64,000 nt of DNA, taken from positions 14,446,001 to 14,510,000 of the forward strand of contig NC_043000.1 in NCBI RefSeq assembly GCF_006345805.1. Direction: 5' to 3'. The position numbers and the translations under genes were made by a program. Below the pieces are notes generated by a model that saw nothing but the letters and a program-made list of their open reading frames with translations, had not been told where the DNA came from and ran no database searches. The stretch comes from Octopus sinensis (Eukaryota). Shown here in pieces: positions 50,758-63,406 of the stretch (positions are counted from its first letter, which is position 1; every line of letters begins with the position of its first letter).

Positions 50758-51211
50758 GAAATATTAAAATTACTAAGTCTCTATAAAAGAGATTACGGCA
50801 GCGTTACTGGAAATTAATTGTTATCGCCATATTTATAAGAATGCCATATTAATATTAATATGGCGATAACAATATATATATATATAAGTTTATCAAATAT
50901 ACCTTTGTGTGAAAATATTATTTTAAATATATATACATACACACATGCCTGCATACATACATGTGCATACGCACATACATATATGTATCTTGCCAAAACT
51001 GACCTCACCTGTGCTTATGCCACATAAAAGGCACTAAATCCACTCTGCTGAGTGGTTGGTGTTAGGAAGAGCATCCAGCTGTAAAAATCCTGCCAAAATA
51101 GTCACAGAAATCTGGTGCAGGCTTCTGCCTGGTCAGTTCTTGAGAAACCATTCCACCAATGCTAGCATGGAAAGTGGACATTAAACATATATATTTATCC
51201 ACACATGTACA

Positions 51212-51311
51212 NNNNNNNNNNNNNNNNNNNNNNNNNNNNNNNNNNNNNNNNNNNNNNNNNNNNNNNNNNNNNNNNNNNNNNNNNNNNNNNNNNNNNNNNN
51301 NNNNNNNNNNN
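51212..51311. other. assembly gap (100 N)
   Basis: Run of N. Confidence 1.
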
Positions 51312-51507
51312 TTGTTCTGGAGGAGGTCCTGAGTCAATCACCCCTCGTTAAGATAAGATCATTTAAATGAGCTTATATTTCTGTGACATTATAATTTATG
51401 CAACTGATATTAGAGATTAATCAATATGGAAAGAAAACCTGAAAATAGCAATAAGTGACAAATGTATAACCCACGGGGAAAAAAATCAGGAATGTTATAT
51501 AATAATA

Positions 51508-52010
51508 CTAGCAGTATCACCCAGCGTTGCTCGGGTTTGCAAGGGAAATAACTATATAAGCATTTTTAGAGAGTTATAGCCAAAAAATAGCAAAAAAATG
51601 CATTAAAAATGGGAAAAATATGATGGTAAATTTTTTTTTTAATCGTTGACTCATCGTAGACATTTTTAGAGAGTTACTTCCCTTATATAATAGCGAAGAA
51701 AATGCATTAAAATGAAAAAAAATTATGGTAAATTTGTTTTTAAATCGTTGACTCATCGTAGACATTTTTAGAGAGTTACTTCCCTATAATAGCGAAAAAA
51801 AATGAATAATATAAAATGGAAAAAAAATGATGGTAAGTTTTTTTTTAAATCGTAGACTCATCGTAGACGCACGCTAATACCCAGAGGGCTTGATATGAAT
51901 CACGACTATAAGATACCCGGTTTTGGTTAAACTGCACTGCAAAATGTGGGAGTAGTTAGGAATCTAAATCGTAGGAGACAGACACACAACTTGACTTTTA
52001 TATATAAAGA
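51508..52010 (-). mobile_element. non-autonomous Helitron (family 3)
   Basis: Same termini as the 46340 copy plus one extra internal unit. Confidence 0.8.
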
Positions 52011-52019
52011 TTTACAGGA

Positions 52020-52690
52020 AGGTGGCAACCTGGTAGAAACGTTAAGGCGGCGAAGTGGCAAAATGCTTAGCGGTATTTTGGCTGCTGTTACGTTCTGAGT
52101 TCAAATTCCACCGAGGTTGATTTTTGCCTTTCAGCTTTTCGGGGTTGATAAATTAAGTACCAGTTATGCACTGGGGTTGATGCAATCAACTTAATCCCTT
52201 TGTCTGTCCTTGTTTGTCCTCTCTATGCTTAGCCCCTTGTGGGCAATAAAGAAATAAAAAAAGAATTAAGAATTGTTAGCACACCGGCCAGAATGCTTAG
52301 CAATATTTTGGCTGCCGTTACGTTCTGAGTTCAAATTCGGCAGAGGTCAACTTTACTTTTCATCCTTTCAAGGTTGATTAAATAAATACCAGTTAGGCAC
52401 TGGGGTCAACGTAATCGACTTAATCACTTTATCTGTCCTTGTTTGTCCCCTCTATGTTTAGCCTCATGTGGGCAATAAAGAAATAAGAAATGTTAGCTCA
52501 CCGGGCGAAATGCTTAGCGGCATTTCGTCTGTTTTTACATTCTCAGTTCAAATTCTGCTGAAGTTGAGTTTGCCTTTCATCCTTTTGGGGACGACAAATT
52601 AAGTACTAGTTGCATACTGGGGTTGATCTAATCGACTGACCCCCACCCACTGCCCCCAAATTTTGGGCCTTGTACCTAGAGTAGAGAAGA
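52020..52690 (+). mobile_element. three tandem group B SINEs
   Basis: Three successive GAGTTCAAATT...TTTCATCCTTT units. Confidence 0.85.
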
Positions 52691-53387
52691 ATGTTTACAG
52701 GTGCAGGTGTGGCTGTGTAGTAAGTTTGCCTCCCAACCACATGGTTTTGGGTTCAATCTCATAGGATGGCACCTTGGGCAAGAGACTTCTACTATTAGCC
52801 TCGGGCCAACCAAAGCCTTGTGAGTAGATTTGGTTGATGAAAACTGAAAGAAGTCCATCATATACATACAAACCTACATAGATACATACACACACACACA
52901 TACATTCACAAACACACACACACACACATATATGTATGTATGTACATGTATATGCATACACACATACACATACACATAAATCATAACTTAGGGTATCTAA
53001 GAGGTACCGCCACACTGGAAATAGCAGCCAAAACTTGACTCTAAAACCACATTAAATGTTTTAAAGTCAAGTTTTGGCTACTATTTCCAGAGTGGTGGTA
53101 TCTCTTAGATACTCTAAATTATAATTTTAATAATAATCATTACCTTTGAAGGATTTTATTCCCATGCTGGCCACTCGATAAGATCGATATTTAAATAATG
53201 ATTTTATCCATATTATATAAATTTATATATATATTATTATATATATATATATATAAATGGATGAATGAATTATCCTTTGTTTACGTTGACATGGAAAATT
53301 CAATAAACAGTTACCAGGGTAGCAAAATTCACACAAGAATTTATAACATCTTCGTTCAACTCCATTTATTTACTGATATATATATTA

Positions 53388-53433
<46 letters not shown>

Positions 53434-53442
<9 letters not shown>

Positions 53443-53627
53443 ATATGTTACTTAACTCGATAGTCAAGATAAAACTCTGAGTTTCAGATGCCGAAGTGGG
53501 AATCCACAACGCCATCTCTTCGGTTATAGCCAGATAACCGAAGAGATGGCGTTGTGGATTCCCACTTCAGCATCTGAAACTCAGAGTTTTATCTTGACTA
53601 TCGAGTAATGTAACATATTATTTTATA
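53434..53627. repeat. near-perfect palindrome (~94-bp arms, 6-bp loop) with a hammerhead-like motif on each strand
   Basis: Arms are reverse complements with few mismatches; lies between (TA)n tracts. Confidence 0.9.
53533..53593 (+). ncRNA. type-I hammerhead-like motif, U4C core
   Basis: gataa-CCGAAGA-gatg...catc-t-GAAA-ctc(a)gag-TT-ttatc; mirror copy on minus strand at 53468-53527. Confidence 0.6.
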
Positions 53628-53843
53628 GATAAATTTCCTCTATTTACATGATATTGAGGTCTCTTTCTTTCTTTTGTTATCTTACCGTTTTACCAATATA
53701 TATAATATATATATATATAGAATATGGGGGTTTAGTTCACAGGTGATGTAAGTGACTAGATATGCTGGGTAAATGCTGTAATGGATTCCTAGTCCTTTAT
53801 TTCATTGTTTCCTTAATCTATACCCTTAACATTTGCCCCATAT

Positions 53844-53899
53844 GTCTCCGATGATGGAATATCCCATATTTTCGTATATCCCAGAAACAGCTGTAAGAC
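53844..53899 (+). ncRNA. minimal type-I hammerhead-like motif, U4C core
   Basis: gtct-CCGATGA-tggaatat...atatccca-GAAA-cagctg-TA-agac. Confidence 0.65.
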
Positions 53900-54025
53900 T
53901 TTAAATTTTTCTAATAATAATAACATTGATGACTTGAGATGTTTGTTTTGCCCTAAGGTTTGTTGTCTTCTTTAACAAATATATATATATATATATATAA
54001 TTATATATATATATATGTAATATAT

Positions 54026-54060
<35 letters not shown>

Positions 54061-54264
54061 TTAATAATATCAGGGTAATAAAGATTTTAGAAATTTTTAC
54101 TACCAGTGGCCTAGCGTATAGAAAAAATTAGTCAATAGACTATATATTATTCATATAAAATACAGTGTACATTTAAACACATTAAGAGGTTTCCATCATA
54201 GGAATCCTTTACGCTAGAAAAAACAGCTAAAGTCCAAACGACTAATTAGGGATAAATTCTCGAA

Positions 54265-54411
54265 GGGAAGGAAAAATAAAAACATTTACCGTGTCTTTCC
54301 TGGACCATGGTTTCTGACTTATTTTAGTAAATAAATTATTTTTATTTACTAAAATAAGTCAGAAACCATGGTCCAGGAAAGAGGTGGTAAATGTTTTTAT
54401 TTTTCATTCCC
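54265..54411. repeat. palindrome (~70-bp arms) containing GAAA-ccatgg-TC
   Basis: Directly visible inverted repeat. Confidence 0.88.
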
Positions 54412-54530
54412 TGGAGATTCTACTAGAGTAGATGCAAGCGCTAATATATGATTTATAAAAGCATATAACATATTAATAAAAATCTGTAAATATACAACCA
54501 TCCAGATTTCTGAGTATCTTATTTTTTCTA

Positions 54531-54577
<47 letters not shown>

Positions 54578-55206
54578 TAAGGGTAGAAATTGATATAATC
54601 AATTAAAACCAGTGGTCTAGCATATTTAAAAAAATCTGAAGATTAAAAATTTTTTACATACAGTCCTCGAAATTTTGTATATATATATATATATATATAT
54701 ATATTACACACACATACATAAATTGTCTAAGTGTTCCTAAGTCAGGGAAAAGATGCATTCGTATATCTGTCAATAGAGTGTATATATTATTCAAAAAGTA
54801 CAATATTATATATCCATCATGGCTGATCTTATCAATCTGATTGTTACTTAACACTCCATTGACTTCCTAGTGCAAAACCAATTGGTAAGATCAGCCGTGA
54901 TCGATATATAATACTGTGCTATTTAGATAACACATACACGCACATACACACACACATGTACACACACACACACATGTGTGTGTGTGTATATATTTATTAT
55001 AAATATATATATATAATAATAATATTATATATTGTTTATTCATTTTTTGTACTTTTTGTGATCTAGTTATATGTTTTATGATATAATTCATTTTTTCTTT
55101 ATGATTGGTTTATGTCTAGCATTCTTTGAATTACATAATAGTGGTTTTTCTCTAATTTATATAATATATATATATATAATATACATATATAAACATATAT
55201 ACATAC

Positions 55207-55282
<76 letters not shown>

Positions 55283-55987
55283 TATATACATATATAAACA
55301 TATATATACACATATAAACATATAAACACACATTTACACATACACTTGTAAATATATCTGTGTATGTGTGTATTTGTTGTGTGTATGCTCGTCTAAGCGT
55401 AACATGATGGTTGTAAATGAGCTTTGTCGTCATATAAATGAGGTTGTTCTTTTCCAGTCTTTGATGAACAACATGTATAGCTAAGGAAAAATATGACTTT
55501 GCTTGGAAGCAGGTGAGAGCCGCGACATGAAGGGCATCCAGCTATAGAAAATCTACCTCGCCAAATTCTATCTAATTCGTGCAGGCTTGGAAAAGTGGAT
55601 GTCAAATGGTGGTGGTAGTGGTAACAGTAATGGTGGTGGTGGTGGTGGGGTAATGATGATGATGATGAGGAGGAGGAGGAGGAGAGGGAGGAGGAGGAGG
55701 AGGAGGAGGTGGTGGAAGAGGTGGAGGTGGAGGAGGAGGAGGAGGATTGCTTTTGCTGTTCATCTGATTCAAGGTTAATTATTGGACACTTTGTATTGAA
55801 GGTGCTGAGTCTAGCCTCAGTATACTCCCTACATTAGTTCCTTACTCCAATTCAAGAGTGAGCAGTGAATCATTGGAGTGGAAGATACTGAATGTTGCTC
55901 AATAAACTGCATACACTCATTCACTGACTTAAGAGAAAGATAAGATATTTTGATTGAGAGATTTCACACTTACAGATAACTTCAATA

Positions 55988-56398
55988 TACTCTTTACTCT
56001 TTACTCTTTTACATGTTTCAGTCATTTGACTATGGCCATGCTGGAGCACTGCCTTTAGTCGAGCAAATTGACCCTGGGATTTATTCTTTGTTAGCTCAGT
56101 ACTTATTCAATCGGTCTCTTTTGCCGAACCGCTAAGTGACGGGGACGGAAACACACCAGCATCGGTTGTCAAGCAATGCTAGGGGGACAAACACACACAC
56201 ACAAACACATACACATACATACATATACATATATATACATATATACGACAGGCTTCTTTCAGTTTCCGTCTACCAAATCCACTCACAAGGGTTTGGTCGG
56301 CCGGAGGCTGTAGCAGAAGACACTTGCCCAAGATGCCACGCAGTGGGACTGAACCCGGAACCATGTGGTTGGTTAGCAAGCTACTTACCACACAGCCT
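55988..56398 (-). mobile_element. SINE group A, full length
   Basis: Complete structure. Confidence 0.9.
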
Positions 56399-56488
56399 CA
56401 TTTGATTCAATAGTGAGTACTGAAGTATTTCTGGAGCAGATTTTGAATCCTACTCTTAATAAACTTCTTGACATTATTTATATTATCA

Positions 56489-57005
56489 AAGGCGGCGAGC
56501 TGGCAGAAACGTTAGCATGCCAGGCGAAATGCTTAGTGGTATTTCGTTTGAATTTTACAAATTCCGCTGAAGTCGACTTTACCATTCATCCTTTCGGGGT
56601 CGATAAATTAAGTACCAGTTATGAACTGGAGTCAATGTAATCGAATTAATCCGTCTGTCTGTCCTTGTTTGTCTCCTCTGTGTTTAGCCCTTTGTGGGTA
56701 GTAAAGAATGGGTAGTAAAGAAATAGGTATTTTGTCTGCCACTACATTCTGAGTTCAAATTCTGCCAAGTTCCACTTTGTCTTTCATCCTTTTGAGGTCG
56801 ATTAAATAAGTACCAGTTACGCACTGGGGTCTGCCGTTACGTTCTGAGTTCAAATTCCACCGAGGTCGACTTTGCCTTTCAGCCTTTCGAGGTCAATCAA
56901 ATAAGTACCAGTTACGCACTGGGGTCAATGTAATCCACTTAATCCCTTTGTCTATCCTTGTTTGTCCCCTCTATGTTTAGCCCCCCTGTGGGCAATAAAG
57001 AAATA
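56489..57005 (+). mobile_element. cluster of group B SINE units
   Basis: One full and two partial units; TSD-like atattatcaaa. Confidence 0.85.
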
Positions 57006-57275
57006 ATTATTCATATTATCAAAGAGTGAGGGTTGAATAATTTAAATGAGAGATGCTGATTCTAACTTTGATAAACTTCAGATATTTCATCATCATCATC
57101 ATCATTTAACATACATTTTCCATGCTGGCATGCGTTGGACAGCCTGACTGGAACTGGTAAGGCCAAGGACCACACCAGATTGCTTAGTTTGTTTTGGAAC
57201 CTGGTGTTTTGGAACCTGTTATATTTGCTCATGTAAAAATGTGGTATACACAATTGAGGCAATATTAAGTTAAGC

Positions 57276-57598
57276 TAGTCATCTATGTAACATATTTAAG
57301 GTATACACAGTTGATAGGCCAATAACTGCAGTACTTGATCTGAGATAGCATTACTTAGGGTGTGCTGTGTTAAAAACACAATAAATATCAGAGAAAAGGG
57401 AAAATCTGTTCTAGCAGCAACCAGTGAGAATACCAGATGCATTTTGACCTTTTATGGTTGGGACAAATTTTATCTTCCCTTGGTATTTATTGGGTTTCTG
57501 ACATGGCACATCCATAAAAGATGTTATCTTAGTACTAACACTGCAGTTACTGGCCTATTGACAGTGTGTATACTTTACATATGATACACAGATGACTA
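57276..57598. mobile_element. foldback element / MITE with ~80-bp imperfect TIRs
   Basis: tagtcatct...gtatacaca...ataggcca.taactgcagt inverted; third arm copy at ~58198-58278. Confidence 0.65.
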
Positions 57599-57639
57599 TT
57601 TTATTTAATTTCTATCTTAATTGTGAGTGAATGTACAGA

Positions 57640-57950
57640 GCTCAGTGGTTAGAGCATTGGGATCACAATCATGAGGTAGTGAGTTCGATTCCAGGACTGG
57701 GCTTGAGCAAGACACTTTATTTCACGTTGCTCCATATCACTCATCTGTAGAAACGAGTTGCGACATCACTGATGCCAAGTCGTATCGGCCTTTCCTTTAC
57801 CTTGGATAACATCGGTGGTGTAGAAAGGGGAGGTGGTATGCATGGGTGACTACTGGTCTTCCAGAAACAAATTTGCCCGGACTTGTACCTTGGAGGGGAA
57901 TTTTCTTGGTTCAATTCCATGATCATTCAAGACTGAAGGGGGTCTTTATG
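57640..57950 (+). mobile_element. SINE group D (head 2 + tail 3)
   Basis: GCTCAGTGGTTAGAGC...GAGTTCGATTCC head, CTTGAGCAAGACACTTTATTTCACGTTGCTCC body, distinct tail. Confidence 0.75.
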
Positions 57951-58769
57951 CTTTTACCTTTATTGTGTACACTGGGTTTTTAATCAACCTGGCAGGTATT
58001 CAGAATAGCAGCAAATATGTTATTCACATTCTCCTACATCACTCATGACATATTCCTAATTGAGCATGTGGCTGCAAGTACGCACAACTGAAAAGGCTTA
58101 AAAAGGGCCTAAATGCATCTGATGATCCCACTGACTGCTGCTGGGAAGAATTTTCATCTTTCTCTGATGTTTATTGTTTTTAACACAACAGGTCTGTAAG
58201 AGATGTTATCTCAAGACAAATACTGCAGTATAATTGGCCTGTTGATCATGTATATACATTAAGTATGATACATATGATTCAATGAGTAATTATTGAAAAA
58301 TTTGAGTAGGAAATTCTCAGTTTGCAACCAACACACTATTCTATTGTTGCTTATTTAATTACATTCATTCTTTCATGAAGTTTACCGTTTATCTCTTTGT
58401 CTTCTGCTTTGACAGAGAATCAATGGTGAAGTTATTAATTAAAATGGATATCTTACTTCTTTTATGTCTGTGTTGACAATGAAATGTCTGCCCAAACATG
58501 TTACTGACTTCTGAATACCCGGAGAGGCTCAAATTTGCCATCTCATCTTTTTAATACAAAACAATACAAATGATTATGCAAGCCAACAAGGAGGCCACTA
58601 CATGAGTATTTCCTCAGTGGCATGATGACTGCCCTGTAAATTTCAATCATCTTCTATCATGTAACTTAGAATACTAAAGATTTTTATATGCATCTTATTG
58701 ACCTGAGATATTCAGATTCAGACAGTCAAACTAAGCACTTTATAGTATCTAGTTGTGTCCTATGTTTTA

Positions 58770-59736
58770 GTGCAAATGTATGACAGGCGCTAGCATAACA
58801 GCTGAAATGTTTGGTGCATCAAGAAGTACTGTCTTGAAAGTAATAACAGCCTTTGAGAAAAAAAGGAAAAACCTCCTTGTCAAAACAAAACTCTGGAAAA
58901 AAACCAAATCTTTCAGATAGGGACAATCGGACTCTTACATGAATTGTTAGAAAGGATCACAAAAGTATAGCTCCTAAAATTACTGCAGAGCTTAATGACC
59001 TCTTCGAGAACTCAGTTTCAACAAAAACCGTTCGTCGGGAGCTGCACAAAGCTGGATTTCATGGGAGGGCTGCAATCAGAAAATCACTACTTTAAAAAAA
59101 AACACTGCAAGACATTTAGAGTGGAGTAAAAACCTAGAGAATTGGACCCTAGAGCAGTGGAAGAATGTTATTTTCTCAGACTAGTCATCCTTTACCTTAT
59201 TTCCAGCCACCAGCTGAGTATCCCTGTGGAGACAGCCAAAAGAAGCATTTGACCCAGACTACCTTCTTCCAACTGTTAAACATGTGATGATCTGGGGAGC
59301 TATATCTTGGAAATCCACTGGACCAATGGTTTCCCTTCGTGGCAGAATTTAATAGTCAAGACTATTTAAGCAATTAATCTGATCAAATTCATCCTATGGA
59401 AACACAATCTTTTGGGATGATAATGCACCAATTCACATAGCTAAAGTTGTTACTGAATGGCACAAGGAACATTCTAGTGAAGTTGAACATCTTATCTGGC
59501 CACCACAGTCCCCAGATCTCAATATTATTGAACATTTATGGTGCATTTTAGAAGAATAAGTAAGGAGTTGATATCCTCCACCATCATCGCTACAAGAACT
59601 GAAGATTGTTTTAGCAGAAGAATGGACAAAAATTCCATTGGAAGTAATTCAATTACTGTCAAAGGCGGTCCTAGCCCATATGAAAATAAATTTGTTTGAA
59701 ATTTTAAGGTGTTTCCATTATTTTGTCGAACCCCTG
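58770..59736 (+). mobile_element. Tc1 transposase pseudogene with right TIR
   Basis: VSTKTVRRELHKAGFHGRAAIRK, WKNVIFSD, DNAPIH, WPPQSPDLNIIEHLW; ends ...TTTTGTCGAACCCCTG. Confidence 0.88.
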
Positions 59737-60203
59737 GGGCTAAACGACAACTTTGAAGCACTGTTCTATGAAATTAAGACAAGATGTTCATTGGTGGATT
59801 TCCTTTAACAAAACCATATATCTGCTTGTTTAGTACTGGCCTAGGACTAAACAACAACCTGGATACACTGTTCTATGAAAATAAGACAAGATGGTAATCA
59901 TTGGATTACCTTTAGCCACACCATACATCTGCTTGGTCAGAACTTACCTGGAGATAGACAATGACAATATTCAAGGAAAGGAGAATGATTGGAGAAAATG
60001 GTTAGTAAAGGGCTTGGGTGTTAAGACACATTAGGAGTGACGAGGGGACAGAAAACAAGAGTATTGGGTGTGCTTGGGTTCTGGTGCTATGCAATTAGTT
60101 CAACAGGTAAAAACAGTTGTGGTAACAAAAGAATTGTTTGGAAGGAACATAATTGTGTGAATGTTTAAGAAATGTTGAAATACAGTTGAGTTAATATTGT
60201 ATA

Positions 60204-60573
60204 CTAGCACTATGACCCGGCAACGCTGGGTCATAGTGCTAGTGCATGCATATACAGCTGCGTGCGTGCGCACATACATGCGAGTACTGTCCAAATCTCC
60301 GACGAAACACATACAGCTAGCTGGCATTCAATTTGTGTATCAAGTTTCGGGCATTTTGATAGGGTTTTGGATAGAAAATTCACAAAAAAGTCACTTCTAT
60401 TGATTTTTTAATGGCTCTGCGGGGTGGCTGGGGAAATGTAAAGATGTGCACGACCACCCTTAGACGGTTTTGAATGACCATAGAAAGTGCGAGCCCTCTA
60501 ACAGAAAAATTGTGGATTTATATAAAGGATACATACACACACACACACATTTTACCATTTATATATAGAGAGA
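60204..60573 (-). mobile_element. non-autonomous Helitron (family 4)
   Basis: TC...CTAG termini; long terminal palindrome. Confidence 0.7.
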
Positions 60574-60977
60574 TATCAGTTGACATTTTAACATTGAATA
60601 AATATTGAATCAACACGTTGGATCAATATTGTTTAATGTATTATTTTCAAATAGAGATTTATGTTAAAATCTGACACCAGATCAACACTATTATTTGTGA
60701 ACTTGACAACACCATTCAAACATAATTGATTTAATATTGAATTTTTTTAATTACAAAGTCAAAGCTTTTTCTTAGCTTTAATATTTAGCTTGACTATAAA
60801 ATAAACAAACTGATTTCTGCTACTCGAGATCTGTATTTTCAATCAAGTTCAGGTAGTAAATGATTCTGTCCATGTTAGAAATGCTATCCGATCTCTGGCA
60901 AATTTCCTGTAACACCTTGGTCTCTGTTATTCTTTAAGGCAATTTATATATATTTTTTTCTTCATTTTTATTTAATT

Positions 60978-61399
60978 GTTTTTACTTGTTTCAATCATTT
61001 GACTGTGGCCATGCTGGAGCACTGCCTTTAGTCGAGCAAATCGACCCCAGGACTTATTCTTTGTAAGCCTCGTACTTATTCTATCGGTATTTTTGCCGAG
61101 CTGCTAAATTATGGGGACGTAAACACACCAGCATTTGTTGTCAAGCGATGTTGGGGGGACAAAAACAGACACACAAACACACACACACACAACACACACA
61201 CACACACACACACACACATAAATATACACATATATACGATGGACTTCTTTCAGTTTCTGTCTACCAAATCCACTCACAAGGCTTTGGTCGGCCCGAGGCT
61301 ATAGTAGAAGACCCTTGCCCAAGGTGCCATGCAGTGGGACTGAACCCGGAACCATGTGGTTTGTAAGTAAACTACTTACCACACAGCCACTCCTACTCC
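60978..61399 (-). mobile_element. SINE group A, full length
   Basis: Complete structure. Confidence 0.9.
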
Positions 61400-61750
61400 T
61401 ATTTGTGCAAAGAATGGGAATGATTTACAAAAAATAATCTGGGTAAAAACTTTAAAAGTAAATGATTTAAGAATGAGGAATCCTTCATTAGATTTTTGTT
61501 GTGTAGCTTTCTTACCTATTGGATAAGAGGCTCTTATATGAAAACCTAGTCTCTGGATTAAAATCAAAATGTATCATTAATAATAGGCATGGGAGTGGCT
61601 GTGTGATAAGTAGCTTGCTTACGAACCACATGGCTCCGGGTTCTGTCCCACTGTGTGGCACCTTGGGTAAGAGTCTTCTACTATAGCCTCGGGCTGACCA
61701 AAGCCATTTGAGTGAATTTGGTAGACGGAAACTGAAAGAAGCCCGTTGTA

Positions 61751-61804
<54 letters not shown>

Positions 61805-61809
<5 letters not shown>

Positions 61810-62035
61810 CTTTACTACCCACAAGGGGCTAAACACAGAGGGGACAAACAAGGACAGACAAACGGATTAAGTCGATTATATCGACCCCAGTGCGTAACTG
61901 GTACTTAATTTATCGACCCCGAAAGGATAAAAGGCAAAGTCGACCTCGGCGGAATTTGAACTCAGAACGTAACGGCAGACGAAATACGGCGACGTATTTT
62001 GCCCGACGTGCTAACGCTTCTGCCAGCTCATCGCC
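61805..62035 (-). mobile_element. group B SINE inserted in the (TA)n of a group A SINE (61585-62250)
   Basis: Group A head before, group A body after the microsatellite. Confidence 0.85.
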
Positions 62036-62042
62036 TATATAT

Positions 62043-62164
<122 letters not shown>

Positions 62165-63406
62165 GTGTGTGTGTGTGGTGTGTGTGTGTGTGTGAGTGTA
62201 TACGCTTGTGTGTCTGTGTCCCCACCCCCAACATCGCTTCACAACTGATGCTGGTGGAGGAGGAGGAGGAGGAGGAGGAGGAAGAAGAAGAAGAAGAAGA
62301 AGAAGAAGAAAGAAGAAGAAGAAGAAGAAGAAGGAGAGGACAGCAACAGCAACAACAACAGCAACAGTAACAGCAGCAGCAACAACAACAACAACAAGAG
62401 CAAGAGCAATAACAGCAACAATGACGAAGTATTTTTAAATTCTGTTTGACTCTACCATTTGCCTGGAGAAAACGTATTTTTCCAATTTGTCATAATATTC
62501 TGGACGAATCTGAAGTTTCTTTTTATATGTAATTCAATTGGAATCACTTTGAATAATGCTGTCATGTAGTTTGTTTGTTCTCTTGGTACTGACTGACATT
62601 CTTTTATATTCCTTAATTAATTTAAGTCATTGAACTGAGATTGGGGCAATGTCTTCAAGGGTTTCAGATGATTATTTATCAATTTTTACTAATTTATCTG
62701 GTACTCTGTTTATTGAGCTTGTAGGAAGATAAGGCGGACTTTGACATAAGTGAAGATTATTTGGTTGGATATAAATACTTACTGCAGGGTAATGTTGTTT
62801 AATTGTCCCTTTTTGGTACCCTATTATGATAAAGTTGGCCTGCTCGCTTAGCCAGTGGGGTGGCGTCATTTGAAGGCTAGAACAATGTGAAGCGCATTGT
62901 GACCAGCGATGTGTAGCAACATCTGGATAGCCTGGTTGATCACGGTGGTCACGGTGATCATGGTGATTATGATAAAGTATAAAAAACGGATAAAGCCCTT
63001 TTCCCAGTCACATAGACTCATAGGGCTGGTTTTCTAGTTTCGTTGGATGGGACATCAGTCTATCACATTGCTACTCACTTTTATCAGCTGAGTGGACTGG
63101 AGCAATGTGAAATGAAGTGCTTTGCACAAAAACATAATGCATTGCCCAACCCAGGAATTGAAACCACAATCTTATGATCATGAGTCCAACACCCTAACCA
63201 CTAAGTCATTCACACACGACTGTGTTGTAAGAAGTTTGTTTCCCCGACCACATGGTTTTAGGTTTAGTCCCACTGCACAGAACCTTGGGAGAGTGTCTTC
63301 TACTATAACATCAGGTTGACCATTGCTTTGTGAATGAATTCAGTTGATGGAAACTACATGGAAGCCCATCACAGATTAGCCACTACACATTCTTTATTTT
63401 CTCTCC

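Noticed and set aside
51062-51337. ORF containing X residues
   Set aside because: Spans the assembly gap
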